A DNA stretch of 64,000 nucleotides from Escherichia coli (GTDB lineage Bacteria; Pseudomonadota; Gammaproteobacteria; Enterobacterales; Enterobacteriaceae): the NCBI RefSeq assembly GCF_016026235.1, contig NZ_CP065613.1; one strand, written 5' to 3'. Both the position numbers and the translations under genes were made by a program. Within the stretch, counting starts at the first letter, position 1, and every line of letters begins with the position of its first letter. Below, one piece after another: positions 1-11,005 of the stretch. The notes beneath the pieces are model-generated. The model was not told the origin of the DNA. It was given only the letters and a program-made list of their open reading frames with translations, and did no database searches.

Positions 1-77
1 CGCCTGCAACCGACTTGCATAAGATAAACTAATTGTTCATTGTTTATGCTCACTTGTAGGTCGGAGTTAACGTAGGT

Positions 78-893
78 ATGACGGAAGTTAGACGGCGCGG
101 CAGGCCAGGACAGGCGGAGCCTGTGGCACAGAAGGGCGCACAGGCATTAGAGCGGGGAATTGCGATTCTGCAATATCTGGAAAAAAGTGGGGGAAGTTCG
201 TCGGTTAGCGATATTTCTCTCAATCTGGATTTGCCGCTCTCCACGACCTTTCGCTTGCTGAAGGTTTTACAGGCAGCGGATTTTGTCTATCAGGACAGTC
301 AGTTAGGCTGGTGGCATATAGGATTAGGTGTCTTTAACGTCGGTGCAGCGTACATCCATAACCGCGATGTCCTCTCCGTCGCCGGGCCGTTTATGCGCCG
401 CCTGATGTTACTTTCCGGCGAAACGGTCAATGTCGCGATCCGTAACGGCAATGAAGCGGTATTAATTGGTCAGTTAGAGTGTAAATCGATGGTCAGGATG
501 TGTGCTCCACTGGGCAGTCGTCTGCCACTGCATGCTTCCGGTGCGGGCAAAGCGCTGCTTTATCCGCTGGCGGAAGAGGAGTTGATGAGCATCATTCTGC
601 AAACCGGTTTGCAGCAGTTTACGCCAACTACGCTTGTGGATATGCCCACTCTGCTGAAGGACCTGGAACAAGCGCGTGAACTGGGCTATACCGTAGATAA
701 AGAAGAGCATGTTGTAGGTCTGAATTGCATAGCTTCAGCAATTTACGATGATGTAGGTAGCGTTGTTGCCGCTATCTCCATCTCCGGGCCTTCATCAAGA
801 CTGACAGAAGATCGTTTTGTCAGTCAGGGTGAGCTGGTCAGAGACACCGCCCGCGATATCAGCACGGCGTTGGGACTGAAAGCACATCCATAG
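78..893 (+). CDS. allR: IclR-family transcriptional repressor of allantoin/glyoxylate genes
   Basis: 271-aa ORF with IclR-type N-terminal HTH and C-terminal effector domain; position upstream of gcl matches K-12 synteny. Confidence 0.9.
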
Positions 894-905
894 TGTCTGT
901 CGCAT

Positions 906-930
906 CCCGCTCTGCGGAGCGGGTTTTTTT
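906..930 (+). terminator. Rho-independent terminator after allR
   Basis: GC hairpin cccgctc-tgcg-gagcggg followed by a T7 run, starting 13 nt after the allR stop. Confidence 0.7.
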
Positions 931-945
931 GACAAAATTTGAAAG

Positions 946-962
946 TTGGAAAATTTTTCCAA
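946..962. promoter_or_regulatory. Probable AllR operator in the gcl promoter
   Basis: Perfect palindrome TTGGAAAATTTTTCCAA about 20 bp upstream of the gcl start; AllR is known to bind an inverted repeat in the gcl promoter. Confidence 0.6.
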
Positions 963-982
963 TTAATAGGGGTAGGAATAAA

Positions 983-2764
983 ATGGCAAAAATGAGAGCC
1001 GTTGACGCGGCAATGTATGTGCTGGAGAAAGAAGGTATCACCACCGCCTTCGGCGTTCCGGGAGCTGCAATCAATCCGTTCTACTCAGCGATGCGTAAGC
1101 ACGGCGGTATTCGTCACATTCTGGCGCGTCATGTGGAAGGTGCTTCGCACATGGCGGAAGGTTATACCCGCGCAACGGCAGGGAATATCGGCGTATGTCT
1201 GGGGACTTCCGGTCCTGCGGGCACGGACATGATCACCGCGCTCTATTCCGCTTCTGCTGATTCCATTCCTATTCTGTGCATTACCGGCCAGGCACCGCGC
1301 GCCCGTCTGCATAAAGAAGATTTTCAGGCTGTTGATATTGAAGCAATTGCTAAACCGGTCAGCAAAATGGCGATTACAGTACGTGAAGCGGCGCTGGTGC
1401 CTCGCGTGCTGCAACAGGCATTTCACCTGATGCGTTCTGGTCGTCCGGGTCCGGTACTGGTGGATTTACCGTTCGACGTTCAGGTTGCGGAAATCGAGTT
1501 TGATCCTGATATGTACGAACCGCTGCCGGTCTACAAACCTGCTGCCAGCCGTATGCAGATCGAAAAAGCTGTAGAAATGTTAATCCAGGCCAAACGTCCG
1601 GTGATTGTTGCCGGGGGCGGGGTAATTAATGCTGACGCAGCTGCACTGTTACAACAGTTTGCTGAACTGACCAGCGTTCCGGTGATCCCAACGCTGATGG
1701 GCTGGGGCTGTATCCCGGACGATCATGAACTGATGGCCGGGATGGTGGGTCTGCAAACCGCGCATCGTTACGGTAACGCAACGTTGCTGGCGTCCGACAT
1801 GGTGTTTGGTATCGGTAACCGTTTTGCTAACCGTCATACCGGTTCGGTAGAGAAATACACCGAAGGGCGCAAAATCGTTCATATCGATATTGAGCCGACG
1901 CAAATTGGTCGCGTGCTGTGTCCGGATCTCGGCATTGTCTCTGATGCTAAAGCGGCGCTGACACTGCTGGTTGAAGTGGCGCAGGAGATGCAAAAAGCGG
2001 GTCGTCTGCCGTGTCGTAAAGAATGGGTCGCCGACTGCCAGCAGCGTAAACGCACTTTGCTGCGCAAAACCCACTTCGACAACGTGCCGGTGAAACCGCA
2101 GCGCGTGTATGAAGAGATGAACAAAGCCTTTGGTCGCGATGTTTGTTATGTCACCACCATTGGTCTGTCACAAATCGCTGCGGCACAAATGCTGCATGTC
2201 TTTAAAGACCGCCACTGGATCAACTGTGGTCAGGCTGGTCCGTTAGGCTGGACGATTCCGGCTGCGCTAGGGGTTTGTGCCGCTGATCCGAAACGCAATG
2301 TGGTGGCGATTTCTGGCGACTTTGACTTCCAGTTCCTGATTGAAGAGTTAGCTGTTGGCGCGCAGTTCAACATTCCGTACATCCATGTGCTGGTCAACAA
2401 CGCTTATCTGGGGCTGATTCGCCAGTCGCAGCGCGCGTTTGATATGGACTACTGCGTGCAACTCGCTTTCGAGAATATCAACTCCAGCGAAGTGAACGGT
2501 TACGGCGTCGACCACGTAAAAGTAGCGGAAGGTTTAGGTTGTAAAGCGATTCGCGTCTTCAAACCGGAAGATATTGCGCCAGCCTTTGAACAGGCGAAAG
2601 CCTTAATGGCGCAATATCGGGTACCGGTAGTCGTGGAAGTTATTCTCGAGCGTGTGACCAATATTTCGATGGGCAGCGAACTGGATAACGTCATGGAATT
2701 TGAAGATATCGCCGATAACGCAGCGGACGCACCGACTGAAACCTGCTTCATGCACTATGAATAA
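983..2764 (+). CDS. gcl: Glyoxylate carboligase (tartronate-semialdehyde synthase), ThDP enzyme
   Basis: 593 aa from the ATG ([18 protein letters not shown]); the track ORF from 893 is an in-frame upstream extension; ThDP-enzyme family features. Confidence 0.92.
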   Translation: MAKMRAVDAAMYVLEKEGITTAFGVPGAAINPFYSAMRKHGGIRHILARHVEGASHMAEGYTRATAGNIGVCLGTSGPAGTDMITALYSASADSIPILCITGQAPRARLHKEDFQAVDIEAIAKPVSKMAITVREAALVPRVLQQAFHLMRSGRPGPVLVDLPFDVQVAEIEFDPDMYEPLPVYKPAASRMQIEKAVEMLIQAKRPVIVAGGGVINADAAALLQQFAELTSVPVIPTLMGWGCIPDDHELMAGMVGLQTAHRYGNATLLASDMVFGIGNRFANRHTGSVEKYTEGRKIVHIDIEPTQIGRVLCPDLGIVSDAKAALTLLVEVAQEMQKAGRLPCRKEWVADCQQRKRTLLRKTHFDNVPVKPQRVYEEMNKAFGRDVCYVTTIGLSQIAAAQMLHVFKDRHWINCGQAGPLGWTIPAALGVCAADPKRNVVAISGDFDFQFLIEELAVGAQFNIPYIHVLVNNAYLGLIRQSQRAFDMDYCVQLAFENINSSEVNGYGVDHVKVAEGLGCKAIRVFKPEDIAPAFEQAKALMAQYRVPVVVEVILERVTNISMGSELDNVMEFEDIADNAADAPTETCFMHYE

Positions 2765-2776
2765 GGGAGATAAATA

Positions 2777-3553
2777 ATGTTACGTTTCTCTGCTAATTTA
2801 TCGATGTTATTTGGAGAATATGATTTTCTCGCCCGTTTTGAGAAAGCTGCGCAGTGTGGTTTTCGCGGCGTTGAATTTATGTTTCCTTATGACTACGACA
2901 TTGAAGAATTAAAACAGGTGCTGGCGAGTAATAAACTCGAACATACGCTGCACAATTTACCGGCGGGTGACTGGGCGGCGGGGGAGCGCGGTATTGCCTG
3001 TATTCCTGGCCGTGAAGAAGAGTTTCGGGATGGCGTAGCAGCAGCGATTCGTTATGCCCGTGCGCTGGGTAATAAAAAAATTAACTGTCTGGTCGGTAAA
3101 ACGCCGGCTGGTTTCAGCAGTGAACAGATTCACGCAACGCTTGTAGAAAACCTGCGTTATGCCGCGAATATGCTGATGAAAGAAGATATTTTATTACTGA
3201 TTGAACCTATTAACCATTTTGATATTCCTGGTTTCCATCTCACCGGAACTCGGCAGGCGCTGAAATTGATTGATGATGTTGGTTGCTGCAATTTGAAAAT
3301 TCAGTATGACATTTATCACATGCAGCGGATGGAAGGTGAATTAACCAACACCATGACTCAGTGGGCTGATAAAATTGGTCACCTGCAAATTGCCGATAAT
3401 CCGCATCGCGGCGAACCGGGAACCGGAGAAATTAATTATGATTATCTCTTTAAGGTAATCGAAAATTCTGACTACAACGGTTGGGTTGGGTGTGAATATA
3501 AACCCCAAACCACCACGGAAGCCGGTTTACGCTGGATGGATCCGTACCGTTAA
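2777..3553 (+). CDS. hyi: Hydroxypyruvate isomerase
   Basis: 258-aa ORF, xylose-isomerase-like TIM barrel; SD-like AGGGAGA upstream; synteny gcl-hyi-glxR. Confidence 0.9.
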   Translation: MLRFSANLSMLFGEYDFLARFEKAAQCGFRGVEFMFPYDYDIEELKQVLASNKLEHTLHNLPAGDWAAGERGIACIPGREEEFRDGVAAAIRYARALGNKKINCLVGKTPAGFSSEQIHATLVENLRYAANMLMKEDILLLIEPINHFDIPGFHLTGTRQALKLIDDVGCCNLKIQYDIYHMQRMEGELTNTMTQWADKIGHLQIADNPHRGEPGTGEINYDYLFKVIENSDYNGWVGCEYKPQTTTEAGLRWMDPYR

Positions 3554-3652
3554 AACGTAACGCTATTCAGACAATGCTTTTTTAGGCCGCTAAGTTGGCA
3601 GGGGATCGTGTTGTCTGAATTCAGGAAAAGCGAAATTTAAAAGAGGTTAATT

Positions 3653-4531
3653 ATGAAACTGGGATTTATTGGCTTAGGCATTATGGGTACACCGATGGCC
3701 ATTAATCTGGCGCGTGCCGGTCATCAATTACATGTCACGACCATTGGACCGGTTGCTGATGAATTACTGTCACTGGGTGCCGTCAGTGTTGAAACTGCTC
3801 GCCAGGTAACGGAAGCATCGGACATCATTTTTATTATGGTGCCGGACACACCTCAGGTTGAAGAAGTTCTGTTCGGTGAAAATGGTTGTACCAAAGCCTC
3901 GCTGAAGGGCAAAACCATTGTTGATATGAGCTCCATTTCCCCGATTGAAACTAAGCGTTTCGCTCGTCAGGTGAATGAACTGGGCGGCGATTATCTCGAT
4001 GCGCCAGTCTCCGGCGGTGAAATCGGTGCGCGTGAAGGGACGTTGTCGATTATGGTTGGCGGTGATGAAGCGGTATTTGAACGTGTTAAACCGCTGTTTG
4101 AACTGCTCGGTAAAAATATCACCCTCGTGGGCGGTAACGGCGATGGTCAAACCTGCAAAGTGGCAAATCAGATTATTGTGGCGCTCAATATTGAAGCGGT
4201 TTCTGAAGCCCTGCTATTTGCTTCAAAAGCCGGTGCAGACCCGGTACGTGTGCGCCAGGCGCTGATGGGCGGCTTTGCTTCCTCACGTATTCTGGAAGTT
4301 CACGGTGAGCGCATGATTAAACGCACCTTTAATCCAGGTTTCAAAATTGCGCTGCACCAGAAAGATCTCAACCTGGCACTGCAAAGTGCGAAAGCACTTG
4401 CGCTGAATCTGCCAAACACCGCGACCTGCCAGGAGTTATTTAATACCTGTGCGGCAAACGGTGGCAGCCAGTTGGATCACTCTGCGTTAGTGCAGGCGCT
4501 GGAATTAATGGCGAATCATAAACTGGCCTGA
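3653..4531 (+). CDS. glxR: Tartronate semialdehyde reductase (2-hydroxy-3-oxopropionate reductase)
   Basis: 292-aa ORF with N-terminal Rossmann motif GFIGLGIMG; synteny. Confidence 0.9.
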   Translation: MKLGFIGLGIMGTPMAINLARAGHQLHVTTIGPVADELLSLGAVSVETARQVTEASDIIFIMVPDTPQVEEVLFGENGCTKASLKGKTIVDMSSISPIETKRFARQVNELGGDYLDAPVSGGEIGAREGTLSIMVGGDEAVFERVKPLFELLGKNITLVGGNGDGQTCKVANQIIVALNIEAVSEALLFASKAGADPVRVRQALMGGFASSRILEVHGERMIKRTFNPGFKIALHQKDLNLALQSAKALALNLPNTATCQELFNTCAANGGSQLDHSALVQALELMANHKLA

Positions 4532-4699
4532 TACCCGCAATAAAAATGGCCGATATCAGAATATGAATCGGCCAGCAATATTAAAAAAGAAAGCAGCCAA
4601 AGATGTTGCTTCAGTATTAAAAATAATATTTTTATTTTATTTGTTCCTCATAGCTAGATTAAAACAACGTTATTCGATACGTGAAATTAAGAGGGATTT

Positions 4700-6154
4700 A
4701 TGGAACATCAGAGAAAACTATTCCAGCAACGCGGCTATAGCGAAGATCTATTGCCGAAAACGCAAAGCCAGCGGACCTGGAAAACATTTAACTATTTTAC
4801 CTTATGGATGGGTTCGGTTCATAACGTTCCCAATTATGTGATGGTCGGCGGCTTTTTTATTCTCGGCTTGTCTACCTTTAGTATTATGCTGGCAATTATC
4901 CTCAGCGCCTTTTTCATTGCCGCGGTAATGGTATTAAACGGCGCTGCGGGCAGTAAATACGGCGTACCGTTTGCCATGATCCTGCGTGCTTCTTACGGCG
5001 TACGTGGCGCACTGTTTCCCGGATTATTAAGAGGCGGTATTGCTGCCATTATGTGGTTTGGCCTGCAATGTTACGCGGGGTCACTGGCCTGCTTGATTCT
5101 GATTGGCAAAATCTGGCCGGGATTTTTAACTCTCGGTGGTGATTTCACGCTGTTAGGGCTTTCTCTACCGGGCTTAATTACTTTCTTACTCTTCTGGCTG
5201 GTCAACGTTGGTATAGGTTTTGGCGGTGGCAAAGTTTTAAATAAATTCACTGCCATTCTTAACCCGTGCATCTATATCGTTTTCGGCGGTATGGCGATTT
5301 GGGCGATTTCGCTGGTCGGGCTCGGTCCAATCTTTGACTACATTCCGAGCGGTATTCAGAAAGCAGAAAACAGTGGCTTCCTGTTCCTGGTGGTGATAAA
5401 CGCGGTAGTTGCGGTCTGGGCGGCACCGGCGGTGAGCGCATCCGACTTTACGCAAAACGCCCACTCGTTTCGTGAGCAAGCGCTGGGGCAAACGCTGGGT
5501 TTAGTTGTGGCCTATATTCTGTTTGCGGTCGCGGGGGTATGTATTATTGCCGGAGCCAGTATTCATTACGGCGCTGATACCTGGAACGTGCTGGATATTG
5601 TTCAGCGTTGGGACAGCTTGTTCGCCTCGTTCTTTGCGGTACTGGTTATTCTGATGACGACTATCTCCACTAACGCCACCGGTAATATTATTCCTGCCGG
5701 TTATCAGATTGCCGCTATTGCACCGACGAAACTGACTTATAAAAACGGCGTACTGATTGCCAGTATTATCAGCCTGCTGATCTGCCCGTGGAAATTAATG
5801 GAAAATCAGGACAGTATTTATCTGTTCCTCGATATTATCGGCGGAATGCTTGGTCCGGTAATTGGTGTCATGATGGCGCATTATTTTGTGGTGATGCGTG
5901 GGAAAATTAATCTTGATGAACTGTATACCGCACCTGGCGATTATAAATATTACGATAACGGTTTTAACCTCACTGCGTTTTCAGTAACTCTGGTGGCCGT
6001 TATTTTATCTCTTGGCGGTAAGTTTATTCCCTTTATGGAACCGTTATCGCGTGTTTCATGGTTTGTCGGCGTCATCGTCGCCTTTGCGGCCTACGCCTTA
6101 TTAAAGAAACGTACAACAGCAGAAAAAACAGGAGAGCAAAAAACCATAGGTTAA
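4700..6154 (+). CDS. ybbW: NCS1-family allantoin transporter
   Basis: 484-aa polytopic membrane ORF located between glxR and allB. Confidence 0.85.
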   Translation: MEHQRKLFQQRGYSEDLLPKTQSQRTWKTFNYFTLWMGSVHNVPNYVMVGGFFILGLSTFSIMLAIILSAFFIAAVMVLNGAAGSKYGVPFAMILRASYGVRGALFPGLLRGGIAAIMWFGLQCYAGSLACLILIGKIWPGFLTLGGDFTLLGLSLPGLITFLLFWLVNVGIGFGGGKVLNKFTAILNPCIYIVFGGMAIWAISLVGLGPIFDYIPSGIQKAENSGFLFLVVINAVVAVWAAPAVSASDFTQNAHSFREQALGQTLGLVVAYILFAVAGVCIIAGASIHYGADTWNVLDIVQRWDSLFASFFAVLVILMTTISTNATGNIIPAGYQIAAIAPTKLTYKNGVLIASIISLLICPWKLMENQDSIYLFLDIIGGMLGPVIGVMMAHYFVVMRGKINLDELYTAPGDYKYYDNGFNLTAFSVTLVAVILSLGGKFIPFMEPLSRVSWFVGVIVAFAAYALLKKRTTAEKTGEQKTIG

Positions 6155-6213
6155 TTAATCCCGATATTGAACATTGAGTTAAAAACCAATCTGTATTTTA
6201 CAAGGAGTTTGTT

Positions 6214-7575
6214 ATGTCTTTTGATTTAATCATTAAAAACGGCACCGTTATTTTAGAAAACGAAGCTCGCGTTGTAGATATCGCCGTTAAAGGCGGAAAA
6301 ATTGCTGCTATCGGTCAGGATCTGGGCGATGCAAAAGAAGTTATGGATGCGTCTGGTCTGGTGGTTTCGCCGGGCATGGTTGATGCGCACACCCATATTT
6401 CTGAACCGGGTCGTAGCCACTGGGAAGGTTATGAAACCGGTACTCGCGCAGCGGCAAAAGGTGGTATCACCACCATGATCGAAATGCCGCTCAACCAGCT
6501 GCCTGCAACGGTTGACCGCGCTTCAATTGAACTGAAGTTCGATGCCGCTAAAGGCAAGCTGACTATCGATGCGGCACAACTCGGTGGCCTGGTGTCTTAC
6601 AACATCGACCGTCTGCATGAGCTGGATGAAGTGGGCGTTGTCGGCTTCAAATGCTTCGTTGCGACCTGTGGCGATCGCGGTATCGACAACGACTTCCGTG
6701 ATGTAAACGACTGGCAGTTCTTCAAAGGTGCGCAGAAGCTGGGCGAACTGGGGCAGCCGGTGTTGGTGCACTGCGAAAACGCGCTGATCTGTGACGCACT
6801 GGGCGAAGAAGCGAAACGTGAAGGTCGCGTAACTGCCCATGACTATGTGGCTTCGCGTCCGGTATTTACCGAAGTGGAAGCGATTCGCCGCGTGCTGTAT
6901 CTGGCGAAAGTTGCCGGTTGCCGTCTGCACGTTTGCCATATCAGCAGCCCGGAAGGTGTTGAAGAAGTGACTCGTGCACGTCAGGAAGGTCAGGATGTTA
7001 CCTGTGAATCCTGCCCGCATTACTTTGTACTGGATACCGATCAGTTCGAAGAAATCGGCACTCTGGCGAAGTGTTCACCGCCGATCCGCGATCTGGAAAA
7101 CCAGAAAGGCATGTGGGAAAAACTGTTTAACGGTGAAATCGACTGCCTGGTTTCCGACCACTCACCATGCCCTCCGGAAATGAAAGCCGGCAACATCATG
7201 GAAGCATGGGGCGGTATTGCCGGTCTGCAAAACTGTATGGACGTGATGTTCGATGAAGCGGTACAGAAACGCGGAATGTCTCTGCCAATGTTCGGCAAAT
7301 TAATGGCGACTAACGCAGCAGATATTTTCGGTCTGCAGCAAAAAGGCCGTATCGCCCCAGGAAAAGATGCCGACTTCGTCTTCATTCAGCCGAATAGCAG
7401 CTATGTTCTTACCAATGACGATCTGGAATATCGCCACAAAGTCAGCCCGTATGTTGGCCGTACCATTGGCGCGCGTATCACGAAAACCATCTTACGTGGT
7501 GATGTGATTTACGACATCGAACAGGGCTTCCCTGTTGCGCCGAAAGGTCAATTTATCCTTAAACATCAGCAGTAA
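6214..7575 (+). CDS. allB: Allantoinase (cyclic amidohydrolase)
   Basis: 453-aa ORF with metal-binding DAHTH motif; synteny. Confidence 0.92.
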   Translation: MSFDLIIKNGTVILENEARVVDIAVKGGKIAAIGQDLGDAKEVMDASGLVVSPGMVDAHTHISEPGRSHWEGYETGTRAAAKGGITTMIEMPLNQLPATVDRASIELKFDAAKGKLTIDAAQLGGLVSYNIDRLHELDEVGVVGFKCFVATCGDRGIDNDFRDVNDWQFFKGAQKLGELGQPVLVHCENALICDALGEEAKREGRVTAHDYVASRPVFTEVEAIRRVLYLAKVAGCRLHVCHISSPEGVEEVTRARQEGQDVTCESCPHYFVLDTDQFEEIGTLAKCSPPIRDLENQKGMWEKLFNGEIDCLVSDHSPCPPEMKAGNIMEAWGGIAGLQNCMDVMFDEAVQKRGMSLPMFGKLMATNAADIFGLQQKGRIAPGKDADFVFIQPNSSYVLTNDDLEYRHKVSPYVGRTIGARITKTILRGDVIYDIEQGFPVAPKGQFILKHQQ

Positions 7576-7625
7576 TCTGGCCCCTGCAATGCCCGTCCTT
7601 GCGGCGGGCATTCTCCGGTTAAGGT

Positions 7626-8933
7626 GTGTTTATGTTCAATTTTGCAGTCAGCCGCGAAAGCCTGTTATCAGGATTTCAGTGGTTTTTCTTTATTTTTTGC
7701 AACACGGTTGTGGTTCCTCCTACGCTACTTTCTGCTTTTCAGTTGCCGCAAAGTAGCCTGCTTACACTCACACAATATGCTTTTCTTGCTACCGCACTGG
7801 CCTGCTTCGCTCAGGCGTTCTGTGGCCATCGTCGCGCTATTATGGAAGGGCCGGGGGGCCTGTGGTGGGGAACCATCCTAACTATCACCCTTGGCGAAGC
7901 ATCGCGCGGGACACCGATCAACGATATCGCCACCAGCCTGGCAGTGGGGATTGCGCTCTCCGGCGTGCTGACGATGTTGATTGGTTTTAGCGGATTAGGC
8001 CATCGCCTGGCACGGTTATTTACGCCGTCGGTGATGGTCTTGTTTATGTTGATGCTGGGCGCACAGCTGACCACTATCTTTTTCAAAGGTATGCTCGGGC
8101 TGCCGTTTGGCATAGCCGACCCAAATTTTAAAATTCAGTTACCACCGTTCGCGCTCTCGGTGGCGGTGATGTGCCTGGTACTGGCGATGATTATTTTCCT
8201 GCCGCAACGTTTTGCCCGTTATGGCCTGCTGGTCGGTACGATAACCGGCTGGTTGTTGTGGTACTTTTGCTTTCCTTCTTCGCATTCGCTCTCCGGTGAG
8301 TTGCACTGGCAGTGGTTTCCGCTCGGCAGTGGCGGTGCTTTGTCGCCGGGAATTATTCTGACGGCGGTGATTACAGGTCTGGTAAATATCAGCAATACCT
8401 ACGGTGCGATTCGGGGCACGGATGTTTTTTATCCGCAGCAGGGCGCGGGGAATACGCGTTATCGTCGTAGCTTTGTGGCGACCGGATTTATGACACTGAT
8501 AACCATACCGCTGGCGGTAATTCCATTTTCACCGTTTGTTTCATCCATTGGTTTATTAACCCAGACTGGCGATTACACGCGGCGTTCGTTTATTTATGGC
8601 AGCGTTATTTGCCTGCTGGTGGCGCTGGTTCCTGCACTCACGCGACTGTTTTGCAGTATCCCTTTACCCGTGAGTAGTGCGGTCATGCTGGTTTCTTATC
8701 TGCCTTTACTCTTTTCCGCGCTGGTGTTTAGCCAGCAAATAACGTTTACCGCTCGCAATATTTATCGACTCGCATTGCCGTTATTTGTCGGCATATTTTT
8801 AATGGCATTACCGCCTGTGTATCTGCAAGACCTTCCATTAACGCTTCGTCCTCTGCTCAGTAACGGCTTATTGGTCGGGATTTTACTGGCTGTTCTTATG
8901 GATAACCTTATTCCGTGGGAACGCATCGAATAA
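7626..8933 (+). CDS. ybbY: Putative purine/uracil permease (NCS2 family)
   Basis: 435-aa hydrophobic ORF between allB and glxK; start may be the second Met at 7632. Confidence 0.8.
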   Translation: MFMFNFAVSRESLLSGFQWFFFIFCNTVVVPPTLLSAFQLPQSSLLTLTQYAFLATALACFAQAFCGHRRAIMEGPGGLWWGTILTITLGEASRGTPINDIATSLAVGIALSGVLTMLIGFSGLGHRLARLFTPSVMVLFMLMLGAQLTTIFFKGMLGLPFGIADPNFKIQLPPFALSVAVMCLVLAMIIFLPQRFARYGLLVGTITGWLLWYFCFPSSHSLSGELHWQWFPLGSGGALSPGIILTAVITGLVNISNTYGAIRGTDVFYPQQGAGNTRYRRSFVATGFMTLITIPLAVIPFSPFVSSIGLLTQTGDYTRRSFIYGSVICLLVALVPALTRLFCSIPLPVSSAVMLVSYLPLLFSALVFSQQITFTARNIYRLALPLFVGIFLMALPPVYLQDLPLTLRPLLSNGLLVGILLAVLMDNLIPWERIE

Positions 8934-8954
8934 TTTGTTGAAAAAGGATTGATA

Positions 8955-10100
8955 ATGAAGATTGTCATTGCGCCAGACTCTTTTAAAGAGAGCTTAAGTG
9001 CAGAAAAATGTTGTCAGGCAATTAAAGCCGGGTTTTCGACCCTCTTTCCCGATGCGCACTATATCTGTTTACCGATAGCGGATGGCGGCGAAGGGACAGT
9101 GGATGCGATGGTCGCCGCGACGGGCGGCAACATCGTGACACTTGAAGTCTGCGGGCCGATGGGCGAAAAAGTGAATGCTTTTTATGGCCTTACCGGCGAC
9201 GGGAAAACGGCGGTGATTGAGATGGCGGCAGCAAGTGGCCTGATGCTGGTCGCACCTGAAAAGCGTAATCCGTTGCTGGCCTCCAGTTTTGGTACGGGGG
9301 AGTTAATTCGTCATGCGCTGGATAACGGCATTCGCCATATTATTCTCGGCATTGGCGGCAGTGCGACGGTCGACGGCGGTATGGGCATGGCGCAGGCGCT
9401 TGGTGTGCGTTTTCTCGATGCCGACGGTCAGGTGCTGGCAGCTAACGGCGGCAATTTAGCGCGCGTGGCAAGCATTGAGATGGAGGAATGCGATCCGCGT
9501 CTGGCGAACTGCCATATTGAAGTAGCATGTGACGTTGATAACCCGCTGGTAGGGGCACGCGGCGCGGCGGCGGTGTTTGGCCCGCAAAAAGGGGCAACGC
9601 CGGAGATGGTCGAAGAGCTGGAACAGGGGCTGCAAAATTACGCCCGTGTTTTACAACAGCAAACTGAAATTAATGTCTGTCAGATGGCGGGCGGCGGCGC
9701 TGCGGGCGGTATGGGTATTGCGGCGGCGGTATTCCTCAATGCGGATATTAAACCGGGTATTGAGATTGTACTGCGGGCGGTCAACCTGGAGCAGGCGGTG
9801 CAGGGCGCAGCACTGGTGATCACAGGGGAAGGGCGCATCGACTCGCAAACGGCAGGCGGTAAAGCGCCGCTGGGCGTTGCGTCGGTGGCGAAGCAGTTTA
9901 ATGTACCGGTGATTGGGATTGCTGGCGTATTGGGTGATGGCGTGGAAGTGGTACACCAGTACGGCATTGATGCGGTATTCAGCATTTTGCCACGTCTGGC
10001 ACCTTTAGCCGAAGTGCTCGCCAGCGGTGAAACCAATCTCTTCAACAGCGCGCGAAATATTGCCTGCGCCATTAAAATAGGTCAGGGAATTAAAAACTGA
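8955..10100 (+). CDS. glxK: Glycerate 2-kinase
   Basis: 381 aa from [11 protein letters not shown] (track ORF starts 2 codons earlier at 8949); glycerate kinase family. Confidence 0.9.
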   Translation: MKIVIAPDSFKESLSAEKCCQAIKAGFSTLFPDAHYICLPIADGGEGTVDAMVAATGGNIVTLEVCGPMGEKVNAFYGLTGDGKTAVIEMAAASGLMLVAPEKRNPLLASSFGTGELIRHALDNGIRHIILGIGGSATVDGGMGMAQALGVRFLDADGQVLAANGGNLARVASIEMEECDPRLANCHIEVACDVDNPLVGARGAAAVFGPQKGATPEMVEELEQGLQNYARVLQQQTEINVCQMAGGGAAGGMGIAAAVFLNADIKPGIEIVLRAVNLEQAVQGAALVITGEGRIDSQTAGGKAPLGVASVAKQFNVPVIGIAGVLGDGVEVVHQYGIDAVFSILPRLAPLAEVLASGETNLFNSARNIACAIKIGQGIKN

Positions 10101-10147
10101 CCCTTACCTTTAAAGCGGATGCGATTTATTTCGCATCTTTTTTTACC

Positions 10148-10156
10148 TGAATTTAC
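10148..10156. repeat. IS1 target-site duplication, left copy (tgaatttac)
   Basis: 9-bp direct repeat immediately flanking the IS1 left inverted repeat. Confidence 0.8.
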
Positions 10157-10211
10157 GGTAATGCTGCCAACTTACTGATTTAGTGTATGATGGTGATTTT
10201 AAGGTGCTTGC

Positions 10212-10487
10212 GTGGCTTCCATTTCCATCAGATGTCCTTCCTGCTCCGCTACTGAAGGCGTGGTGCGTAACGGCAAAAGCACTGCCGGACATCAGCGCTA
10301 TCTCTGCTCTCATTGCCGTAAAACATGGCAACTACAGTTCACTTACACCGCCTCTCAGCCCGGTACGCACCAGAAAATCATTGATATGGCCATGAATGGC
10401 GTCGGATGTCGCGCCAGTGCACGCATTATGGGCGTTGGCCTCAACACGGTTTTACGTCACTTAAAAAACTCAGGCCGCAGTCGGTAA
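10212..10487 (+). CDS. insA: IS1 InsA (transposition inhibitor / N-terminal part of InsAB' transposase)
   Basis: 91-aa [40 protein letters not shown], recognisably InsA; the A6C frameshift motif at 10463-10469 is intact. Confidence 0.92.
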   Translation: MASISIRCPSCSATEGVVRNGKSTAGHQRYLCSHCRKTWQLQFTYTASQPGTHQKIIDMAMNGVGCRASARIMGVGLNTVLRHLKNSGRSR

Positions 10488-10909
10488 CCTCGCGCATACA
10501 GCCGGGCAGTGACGTCATCGTCTGCGCTGAAATGGACGAACAGTGGGGCTACGTCGGTGCTAAATCACGTCAGCGCTGGCTGTTTTACGCGTATGACAGG
10601 ATACGGAGGACGGTTGTGGCGCACGTCTTCGGTGAACGCACTCTGGCCACACTGGAGCGTCTTCTGAGCCTGCTGTCGGCCTTTGAGGTCGTGGTATAGA
10701 TGACGGATGGCTGGCCGCTGTATGAATCACGCCTGAAGGGAAAGCTGCACGTTATCAGCAAGCGTTACACTCAGCGCATTGAGCGACATAATCTGAATCT
10801 GAGACAACATCTGGCAAGGCTGGGACGGAAGTTACTGTCGTTCTCAAAATCGGTGGAGTTGCATGACAAGGTCATCGGGCATTATCTGAACATAAAACAC
10901 TATCAGTAA
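10406..10909 (+). pseudogene. insB: IS1 insB frame interrupted by an in-frame TAG stop at 10697-10699
   Basis: The InsB frame is split into two track ORFs (10406-10699 and 10700-10909, same frame); the stop lies where canonical InsB, as I recall it, has Trp (…[10 protein letters not shown]). Confidence 0.7.
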
Positions 10910-10924
10910 GTTGGAGTCATTACC

Positions 10925-10933
10925 TGAATTTAC
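10925..10933. repeat. IS1 target-site duplication, right copy (tgaatttac)
   Basis: 9-bp direct repeat identical to 10148-10156. Confidence 0.8.
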
Positions 10934-11005
10934 TACAAAAAAAGCCACGGTATAAACCGTGGCAAAATCCAACATAGCTAAAAATAATCAGGCGAGTGGT
11001 ATGAC

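Larger units (their letters stand above)
10157..10924 (+). mobile_element. IS1 insertion sequence (768 bp)
   Basis: Ends ggtaatgctgccaacttactgat ... atcagtaagttggagtcattacc form terminal inverted repeats; encodes InsA and InsB; flanked by a 9-bp direct repeat. Confidence 0.92.

Noticed and set aside
893-982. N-terminal 30-codon extension of gcl in the track ORF
   Set aside because: The extension covers the allR terminator and the AllR operator palindrome; the ATG at 983 gives the expected 593-aa protein.
4541-4575. Hairpin ggccgat…atcggcc after glxR as a terminator
   Set aside because: The stem is short and no T-tract follows on the plus strand; glxR-ybbW are probably co-transcribed.
10183-10395. 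70-aa ORF inside IS1 overlapping insA in another frame
   Set aside because: Alternative-frame ORF within IS1 with no known product; the InsA and InsB frames explain the coding content.
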